Sequence record: OQ221542.1
Origin: Bacteroides phage PhiCrAssBcn7
Length of the DNA stretch: 40,000 bases
Reading direction: 5' to 3' (one strand)
The notes below the pieces were generated by a model that worked only from the letters and a program-made list of their open reading frames with translations, had not been told where the DNA came from and made no database searches. Shown piece after piece: positions 32,751 through 40,000 of this stretch. The position numbers were made by a program, and so were the translations under genes. Numbering within the stretch: the first letter of the stretch is position 1; each line of letters begins with the position of its first letter.

Positions 32751-33278
32751 ATGAGATTATTTAAAAGAGATGGTTATAATCTGGTTATATCTGATGAAGC
32801 CTATGCTTTAAAAGCATTCAGGCAGATATGGAATAGAGATAAATCTCTCTCAAAAGAGAGAGCTATTACAGAGCTTGGATATTGTTACTTTATGGAGGAC
32901 TCCAGAAGTGATTACAAGTATATAATAGATGAGCAGGAGAGGAAAGAAGCTATTAAGCAAGGTGAAGGTATGAAGGATAACTGGGAACCTGATACTACTG
33001 TGAAAGAAGCTCAAGCATTATATGCAAGTTTTAAGACTACTTCTGAGCTATTACTTGATGATACAAGGATGCTTGTAGATAAGTATAGAATGAAGTTAAG
33101 GAGTATGGACTTAACTGAACTTGATATAAAGGAGACCAAGGAATTAGGTGCTATTATTAAACTTATACCATCAATGGTTAAGGACTTAGATGAAGCTGAA
33201 AGAGCTATTGCTAAGGAATTGGCACAGAATGATAAGGTAAGAGGAGCACAGGAAAAAGCAATATATGAAGACTTATAG
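32751..33278 (+). CDS. Hypothetical protein upstream of terminase
   Basis: 175 aa helical ORF; possible small-terminase-position gene. Confidence 0.6.
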   Translation: MRLFKRDGYNLVISDEAYALKAFRQIWNRDKSLSKERAITELGYCYFMEDSRSDYKYIIDEQERKEAIKQGEGMKDNWEPDTTVKEAQALYASFKTTSELLLDDTRMLVDKYRMKLRSMDLTELDIKETKELGAIIKLIPSMVKDLDEAERAIAKELAQNDKVRGAQEKAIYEDL

Positions 33279-33280
33279 TT

Positions 33281-33592
33281 ATGGAAATGAATGATATAAT
33301 AGAAGGACTTAATGTGTATTATGAAGGTTTTCCTAACAGGAGGAAGGGATACTTTGTATTACATAAAATAGTAGATAGTAACCCTGTAGTTAAGTCACAG
33401 AAGACTTATAGAATGCAAGTTTGGTTTGTAAGTGGGAAGGAAAAGATACCTGCATTTGGTGCTCAGTACTCTAATAGAGTTGTTACTGATGCAGAAGAAA
33501 CTAAAGTCTTATCTCTCCTAACCACTTCTATTACCAAATCTCTTCTGGAGTATATTAATAAGCAAGATTTTAAGGAGTTATGCAATATTTAG
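33281..33592 (+). CDS. Hypothetical protein
   Basis: 103 aa ORF. Confidence 0.6.
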   Translation: MEMNDIIEGLNVYYEGFPNRRKGYFVLHKIVDSNPVVKSQKTYRMQVWFVSGKEKIPAFGAQYSNRVVTDAEETKVLSLLTTSITKSLLEYINKQDFKELCNI

Positions 33593-35853
33593 AAATGAAT
33601 AAGTATCAAACTGAACTAACTGAGGAACTAATGAATACCCTTCCTCAGGAGGTTCAGGAACAGTTACTTGAGACTCTTACTACAGTAGAATTTATCAAGA
33701 GGCTTATATCTCCCAACAGACCTTATGCAAGAGATTTACCAAAAGATGAAAAGGGTAGGATTATAGTAGATATTACTAATCCTCACATCATTGAGGATGC
33801 TGATTATTTCAGACAACCAGCTCTGCATTTCTTGAAATATGGGTGCTATACATTCTTAAAACCTAATAGTAATCCTAACTCTGAGTTCAGGAGACACTGG
33901 GATGAAGAAAAGAGAAGATGCTATGAAGGTTATGTGAGAGAATCAGATGGAGAATGGGTTACAGGCTTTAACTATTGGTTTATGAATTATTGTCCTATGA
34001 TGGTTAATAAACTGATAGAAGGAAGAAAGAAGGCTATCAGAACTGAGGCTTTTCCATTCTTCTTTGAGGGTATATACTGGAGATTTCATTATCTATGGCA
34101 AGCAAGAGAAGGTGGTAAACATGCTATTGAATTAGCAAAGAGAGGATGTGCTAAGTCTTATAGCTTAGCAGCAATTATGAGCCATAATCTTATACTTGGA
34201 GAGAGTGAAGAATCAAATAGAAGGGTTATTACAGTACTTACAGCTTATCAGAAGGAATATCTGAAAGATGACAAGGATGGTACTCTGTCTAAGTTCAAGC
34301 CTTCAATTAACTTTAGCTTTGCTAATACTCCTTTCCCACATCTTATGCTAAAGAACTCTCCTAATGAGATGTCTTGGCAAATGGGTTATAAGGATGAATA
34401 TGGGGTAGAGAAAGGCTCTCTAAATCAAGTACTTGCTGTATCTGCAAAGGATGATAGTGAGAAGTTGAGGGGTAAGAGAGGTTGGATTCTATTTGAGGAA
34501 ATGGGTTCTTTTAAAGGATTGCTTTCTCTTTATGATATTACCAGAAAGTCTGTAGAGGATGGTGACTATACTTTTGCTACTATGTACCTTGTAGGTACTG
34601 CTGCTGAGAGTGAGTCTGACTTTAGTTCAGCTAAGACTTTACTTTATAATCCAGATGGTTATAATATATTGTCTATAGATAATGTATTTGACAGACCAAA
34701 GCAAGGTAAACCTAAGTTTGGTTTCTTCTTTCCCTCATATATTAATAGGGCAGGATGTTATAATAAGGATGGTGTATCAGATGTGGTTAAGGCTTTAATT
34801 GAAATTCTTATTGCAAGATATAAGGCTAAATATAGTGCTGACCCTAAATCAGTATTGAGAGTAATTGCTGAGGACCCTATTACACCAGCAGAAGCTATTA
34901 TTAAGGTTAAGGCAGCATACTTCCCTATTACTGCTCTTACAGAAAGATTAAGTCAATTAGACCAAGATGCACATGCTTATGATGATGTATATGTAGGTAA
35001 GTTGGTGCAGAATAGTAATGGAGTTGAGTTTACCCCAACCAGTGATGTACCTATCAGAAAGTTTGGAGTAGAGAATGATACTCCGGGTGCTATTGAAATC
35101 TTTGAAATGCCAGAGAAAGATAGAAATGAAAAGGTTCCCCACACAAGATATATTATTGGTCATGACCCTGTAGATAATGACCAAGCTGAATCTTCCTCTC
35201 TCTCTTCTACCTTTGTTCTTGACTTATGGACTGATAAGATTGTAGCTGAGTACACTGGTAGGCAATCATTTGCAGATGATAACTTTGAGATAGTAAGATT
35301 ACTATGCCTGTTCTATAATGCAAAATGCCTGTATGAATCAAATAAGAAGGGTATATTTGCTTACTTTAGTAAGATGAATTGTACTCACTTACTGGCTGAT
35401 ACTCCAGAGTTCTTAAGAGACAAACAGTTGATTAAGTATAGTTCATTTGGTTCTAATGCTAAAGGTGTTAATGCCTCAGCAGCTATTAATGCTTATGCCA
35501 ATAATCTTATAAGAGATTGGCTGATGAAGCCTGTAACTATTATACAGAATGTTGATGGAGAGGATGTAGAAGTAACTGTTTATAACCTTAACTTCTTAAG
35601 AAACAGAGCATTAATTGAAGAGTTGATTGCATTTAACCCAGAGATAAATGTGGATAGAATTAGGGCATTAGGTATGGTTATGTTATATAGAGAGGATAAG
35701 ATGGTCCTATATCAAGGAAACCCTTCAAGAGACTCAGGAGAAGTACCAAAAGATTATTTAGGGAATGATAAGTTCTTTACTGAGAATTACAGGGCAGTAC
35801 AAGCCCCTTTCCAGAAACCCAGTAAATTTAGTACAGAAGATGCAATTAGATAA
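33580..35853 (+). CDS. terL: Terminase large subunit
   Basis: 757 aa; KRGCAKSYSLAAI Walker A-like, WILFEEMG Walker B-like, IIGHDPVDNDQAE nuclease-like motif; followed by portal. Confidence 0.85.
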   Translation: MQYLEMNKYQTELTEELMNTLPQEVQEQLLETLTTVEFIKRLISPNRPYARDLPKDEKGRIIVDITNPHIIEDADYFRQPALHFLKYGCYTFLKPNSNPNSEFRRHWDEEKRRCYEGYVRESDGEWVTGFNYWFMNYCPMMVNKLIEGRKKAIRTEAFPFFFEGIYWRFHYLWQAREGGKHAIELAKRGCAKSYSLAAIMSHNLILGESEESNRRVITVLTAYQKEYLKDDKDGTLSKFKPSINFSFANTPFPHLMLKNSPNEMSWQMGYKDEYGVEKGSLNQVLAVSAKDDSEKLRGKRGWILFEEMGSFKGLLSLYDITRKSVEDGDYTFATMYLVGTAAESESDFSSAKTLLYNPDGYNILSIDNVFDRPKQGKPKFGFFFPSYINRAGCYNKDGVSDVVKALIEILIARYKAKYSADPKSVLRVIAEDPITPAEAIIKVKAAYFPITALTERLSQLDQDAHAYDDVYVGKLVQNSNGVEFTPTSDVPIRKFGVENDTPGAIEIFEMPEKDRNEKVPHTRYIIGHDPVDNDQAESSSLSSTFVLDLWTDKIVAEYTGRQSFADDNFEIVRLLCLFYNAKCLYESNKKGIFAYFSKMNCTHLLADTPEFLRDKQLIKYSSFGSNAKGVNASAAINAYANNLIRDWLMKPVTIIQNVDGEDVEVTVYNLNFLRNRALIEELIAFNPEINVDRIRALGMVMLYREDKMVLYQGNPSRDSGEVPKDYLGNDKFFTENYRAVQAPFQKPSKFSTEDAIR

Positions 35854-35926
35854 ACAAATCACTTATGTGCTTGACTAAATGGACTTTTTTACTTACTTTT
35901 GTCACAAAATTAAATGATGGAAGACT

Positions 35927-38347
35927 ATGGCAGATTTTTTAAACTTTCCCAGACAGATGCTTCCTTTCTCTAAGAAGACTAAGCAATGGAGAAAGGATTG
36001 TCTGTTGTGGGCTAATCAGAAGACATTCTTCAATTATAGCTTGGTTAGGAAGTCAGTAATCCATAAAAAGATAAACTATGACTTACTTAATGGTAGGCTA
36101 CACATGTCAGACTTAGAACTGGTACTCAACCCAGATGGTATAAAAGCAGCTTACATTCCTGATAGGTTACAACATTATCCTATCATGAATAGTAAGTTGA
36201 ATGTACTTAGGGGTGAGGAAAGTAAGAGAGTATTTGACTTTAAGGTTGTAGTAACTAATCCAAATGCTATCTCAGAAATAGAGGATAATAAGAAGAATGA
36301 GCTATTACAAAGGCTTCAAGAAATGATAACTGACACCTCAATATCTGAGGATGAATACAATATCAAACTTGAGAAACTAAATGACTATTATACCTATGAA
36401 TGGCAGGATATAAGAGAGGTAAGAGCAAATGAATTGCTTAACCATTATATAAAGGAATATGACATTCCTCTTATATTCAATAATGGTTTCATGGATGCAA
36501 TGACATGTGGTGAGGAAATCTATCAATGTGATATTGTAGGTGGAGAACCAGTCATTGAGAGAGTGAACCCATTAAAGATTAGGATATTCAAGTCTGGGTA
36601 CAGTAATAAGGTGGAAGATGCTGACATGATAATCCTTGAGGATTATTGGTCTCCGGGTAGAGTAATAGATACATATTATGATGTACTATCTCCAAAGGAC
36701 ATAAAGTATATTGAAACTATGCCTGATTATATAGGTCAGGGAGCTGTTGACCAAATGGATAATATTGATGAAAGATATGGATTTGTCAATCAGAATATGA
36801 TTGGTGATGAAATAACTGTCAGAGATGGAACCTATTTCTTTGACCCAGCTAATCTATTTACAGAAGGTATAGCAAATTCATTACTTCCTTATGACTTGGC
36901 AGGTAATCTTAGAGTACTGAGACTATACTGGAAATCAAAAAGGAAGATACTTAAGGTTAAATCTTATGACCCTGAAACTGGTGAGGAGGAATGGAACTTC
37001 TATCCTGAGAATTATGTAGTAGATAAGGAAGCAGGAGAAGAGGTACAGTCATTCTGGGTTAATGAAGCATGGGAAGGAACTATGATTGGCAATGAGATAT
37101 TTGTCAATATGAGACCAAGATTGATTCAATATAATAGGTTGAATAATCCTTCAAGATGTCACTTTGGTATTGTAGGTTCAATCTATAATTTGAATGATAG
37201 CAGACCATTCTCATTAGTAGACATGATGAAGCCATATAACTACTTATATGATGCTATTCATGATAGACTGAATAAAGCTATTGCTTCAAACTGGGGTTCT
37301 ATCTTAGAGCTTGACTTATCTAAAGTTCCTAAAGGATGGGATGTTGGTAAGTGGATGTACTATGCAAGAGTAAACCATATTGCAGTTATAGATAGTTTCA
37401 AGGAAGGTACTATAGGAGCCTCTACAGGTAAGCTGGCAGGTGCTCTTAATAATGCTGGAAAGGGAATGATTGAAACTAATATAGGTAACTACATTCAGCA
37501 ACAGATTAACCTTCTTGAGTTTATTAAGATGGAAATGGCTGAGGTTGCAGGTATATCTAAGCAAAGAGAAGGTCAGGTATCTCAAAGAGAAACTGTAGGT
37601 GGAGTTGAGAGAGCTACTCTTCAATCAAGTCATATTACTGAGTGGTTATTTACTATCCATGATGATGTGAAGAAGAGAGCTTTAGAGTGTTTCTTAGAGA
37701 CTGCAAAGGTAGCTTTGAAAGGAAGAAACAAGAAGTTCCAGTACATCTTATCAGATACATCTACAAGAGTAATGGAGATTGATGGTGATGAGTTTGCTGA
37801 GGCTGACTATGGTTTAGTTGTAGATAATAGTAATGGAACTCAAGAGCTTCAACAGAAGTTAGATACTTTGGCTCAGGCTGCATTACAGACTCAAACTTTA
37901 TCATTCTCTACTATCACTAAGCTCTATACATCTTCAAGTTTAGCTGAAAAGCAAAGACTGATTGAGAAAGATGAAAAGCAGATTAGAGAAAGACAAGCAC
38001 AGGCTCAGAAGGAACAACTTGAAGCTCAACAGCAGATAGCTGCTATGCAGCAACAACAGAAAGAGGCAGAACTTCTCCAGAAGGAAGAAGCTAATATAAG
38101 AGATAATCAGACTAAGATAATAATAGCTCAGATACAATCAGAAGGAGGACCAGATGAAGAAGATGGAATTAGGATTGATGATTATAGTCCAGAGGCTAAA
38201 GCTAATCTTGCTGAGAAGATAAGAGAGTTTGATGAAAAACTTAAACTTGATAAGGACAAATTGAAGCTGGATAAGAAGAAAGCTGAAACTGATGCAAGTA
38301 TAAAGAGACAAGCTCTAAGAAAGAAAAGTAGTACAACTAATAAATAA
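35927..38347 (+). CDS. Portal protein (crAss-like)
   Basis: 806 aa following TerL; FHYSL-type helical/mixed portal with long Q/E-rich C-terminus (LEAQQQIAAMQQQQKEAELLQKEE). Confidence 0.8.
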   Translation: MADFLNFPRQMLPFSKKTKQWRKDCLLWANQKTFFNYSLVRKSVIHKKINYDLLNGRLHMSDLELVLNPDGIKAAYIPDRLQHYPIMNSKLNVLRGEESKRVFDFKVVVTNPNAISEIEDNKKNELLQRLQEMITDTSISEDEYNIKLEKLNDYYTYEWQDIREVRANELLNHYIKEYDIPLIFNNGFMDAMTCGEEIYQCDIVGGEPVIERVNPLKIRIFKSGYSNKVEDADMIILEDYWSPGRVIDTYYDVLSPKDIKYIETMPDYIGQGAVDQMDNIDERYGFVNQNMIGDEITVRDGTYFFDPANLFTEGIANSLLPYDLAGNLRVLRLYWKSKRKILKVKSYDPETGEEEWNFYPENYVVDKEAGEEVQSFWVNEAWEGTMIGNEIFVNMRPRLIQYNRLNNPSRCHFGIVGSIYNLNDSRPFSLVDMMKPYNYLYDAIHDRLNKAIASNWGSILELDLSKVPKGWDVGKWMYYARVNHIAVIDSFKEGTIGASTGKLAGALNNAGKGMIETNIGNYIQQQINLLEFIKMEMAEVAGISKQREGQVSQRETVGGVERATLQSSHITEWLFTIHDDVKKRALECFLETAKVALKGRNKKFQYILSDTSTRVMEIDGDEFAEADYGLVVDNSNGTQELQQKLDTLAQAALQTQTLSFSTITKLYTSSSLAEKQRLIEKDEKQIRERQAQAQKEQLEAQQQIAAMQQQQKEAELLQKEEANIRDNQTKIIIAQIQSEGGPDEEDGIRIDDYSPEAKANLAEKIREFDEKLKLDKDKLKLDKKKAETDASIKRQALRKKSSTTNK

Positions 38348-38352
38348 AAGAT

Positions 38353-38739
38353 ATGAAGACACTAAGAACTTTGAAGATAAGCCCTAATGCACCTGATATT
38401 AACTCAGTGTGGCTGTATAAAGGTACAATGAAGTACTTTAATAATGGTGAATGGGAGACTATAGGTGGTGGAGCAACTTCTGTAGATTGGGATGATATAA
38501 CTAATAAACCAGACTTTGCTACAGTAGCTACAAGTGGAAGTTATAATGACTTATCAGACAAACCTACTATACCTCCAGCTTATACTTTACCTGCTGCAAC
38601 TACAAGTGCAATTGGTGGTGTAAAGAAGGCTACTAATGTAGCTAATTTAGCCAGTGGAGCTGAGTTAGAAGCAGTAGTTACTCAGGTTAATGCAATTCTG
38701 TCTGCATTAAAGGTAGCAGATATAATGATTAATGATTAA
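38353..38739 (+). CDS. Head-fiber-like protein
   Basis: WDDITNKPDFA...ATTSAIGGVKKATNVANLASGAELEAVVTQVNAILSALK. Confidence 0.6.
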   Translation: MKTLRTLKISPNAPDINSVWLYKGTMKYFNNGEWETIGGGATSVDWDDITNKPDFATVATSGSYNDLSDKPTIPPAYTLPAATTSAIGGVKKATNVANLASGAELEAVVTQVNAILSALKVADIMIND

Positions 38740-38749
38740 ACTAAATACT

Positions 38750-40000
38750 ATGTTTTTTACACAAGAAGATTATAGAAAGATAGAGAAGTGGTTCTTAGCA
38801 AATAGTAGGAAAGATACTGACTTTGCTGGGGCAGCCACCCCTCTTAAAGGAAATGAAACTGTAGTTCTTGTACAGAATGGTAAGAATGTAAAGGCATCAG
38901 TGAAAGATGTAGTTGAGCAACTATTTCTTCTTGGTGTATCTGACTTTGTGAACATTACTGATAAGTATGGTGAGAGTTATATTTCACTATCTCAAGCTAT
39001 AGAATTAATTCCTTATAGAAGTAGAAAGATTGGTCAGGTAGTTACTTTCTTGGATGATACTGGAAAATGGGCTATGTTCCAATTCCAAGGTACAAGGAAG
39101 AATCAGTGGGGTACTTTATCTCTTTGGGTTGATTTGATAGACCTTATGACAGGTCTTACTATCACAGATAGTGAAGATATTGTTACTGAGACTAATAGTG
39201 CAAATCAAGTAGCTCTTAAGTTTGCAGATAAAACTTATAATGAAGCTGACTACTCAGGTTTAGGCAGAGTATATCTTAGAAAGAATATTGTAAATGTTGA
39301 AGACCCTGTAACTGGTAATATAGTTACTATGAACTACTTACAGCAGTCAATGATTTCTAAAGAGAATACTATCTATATCATTCAGTATGACTACAATTTG
39401 AATGGTCAAACTATCACTATTCCAAGTGGGTGTGTACTCAAGTTTGAAGGAGGGAGTATAAGTAATGGTTCTATAAAGGGCACAGATACTAATATAATAG
39501 CTCCTCAAATTAGAATATTTAATACTATCTTATTATCTGGTACTTGGAAAGTTAGAGATATATTTGATGATTGGTTTGACTTTAATGCTACTACCAATTT
39601 TGATAATATCAATAATTTCTATAATATATCCATATTACAATCAGATGATTTGGAGAATAATGTAATTCTTAAAGGGAACTATTATAGTTCTCTTAAAGAT
39701 GGAATAGTTTTGTCCTTATCTTCTAATACCAATTTAGTACTTAATGGTAGTATTAGCTTGCTTCCTAATAACCTATCTTCATATTCTATAATAAAAGGAG
39801 TTGATAAGGAAAATATTAAAATAAGTGGAGGAGGAAGACTAATTGGAGATTTACAAAATCACTTAGGTAATACTGGAGAATGGGGATTTGGTATTAGTTT
39901 CACAGGTTGTAAAACTATATCAATAACTAATATTGATAGTTCTTATATGTGGGGAGATGGCTTATATATTGGGGCATCAGATGATACAGAAGAGGAGACA
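38750..40000 (+). CDS. Probable tail/appendage protein with beta-helix (pectate-lyase-like) region, truncated by window end
   Basis: Open frame of 417 codons from ATG 38750 to the edge; GRVYLRK, IPSGCVLKFEGGSISNGSIKGTDTNI, ISGGGRLIGDL, NIDSSYMWGDGLYIG resemble beta-helix rungs; missing from the ORF track. Confidence 0.7.
   Translation, partial: MFFTQEDYRKIEKWFLANSRKDTDFAGAATPLKGNETVVLVQNGKNVKASVKDVVEQLFLLGVSDFVNITDKYGESYISLSQAIELIPYRSRKIGQVVTFLDDTGKWAMFQFQGTRKNQWGTLSLWVDLIDLMTGLTITDSEDIVTETNSANQVALKFADKTYNEADYSGLGRVYLRKNIVNVEDPVTGNIVTMNYLQQSMISKENTIYIIQYDYNLNGQTITIPSGCVLKFEGGSISNGSIKGTDTNIIAPQIRIFNTILLSGTWKVRDIFDDWFDFNATTNFDNINNFYNISILQSDDLENNVILKGNYYSSLKDGIVLSLSSNTNLVLNGSISLLPNNLSSYSIIKGVDKENIKISGGGRLIGDLQNHLGNTGEWGFGISFTGCKTISITNIDSSYMWGDGLYIGASDDTEEET

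Noticed and set aside
1-40000. CRISPR array or stop-codon recoding
   Set aside because: No regularly spaced repeats were seen, and terminase, portal and replication genes are all full length in the standard code.

Overview
The window looks like part of a large AT-rich tailed-phage genome of the crAss-like (Crassvirales-type) kind infecting a Bacteroidales host. This rests on gene order and protein motifs read by eye, not on a search. Two opposed blocks are visible. The minus-strand block (~25.4 kb down to 1) holds uracil-DNA glycosylase, a ThiF/E1 + JAB/JAMM + ubiquitin-like module, a TOPRIM primase, an SSB-like protein, a RecA-like ATPase, a DnaB-like helicase, an SF2 helicase, a glucosaminidase, an SPFH protein, an HNH endonuclease, a TROVE/Ro60-like protein and a 2H-phosphoesterase-like protein. 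The plus-strand block (from ~25.6 kb) holds two HExxH proteins, an array of about 25 tRNAs covering all 20 amino acids, a GroES-like protein, large terminase, portal, head-fiber-like protein and a beta-helix-like structural protein. The strongest novelty candidate lies just downstream of the Ro60 gene: two tRNA-like RNAs with ~66-72 nt internal insertions. One insertion contains CCCGAAGGGGTAGTG...GAGTTACTTCAAGG, which resembles the Ro60-binding module of Y RNAs, suggesting a phage Ro60/Y-RNA (YrlA-like tRNA mimic) system. The region also has ~1 kb of structured noncoding sequence next to tRNAs, a structured ~400 nt intergenic RNA candidate, several non-canonical tRNAs and three near-identical Bacteroidales-type promoters.
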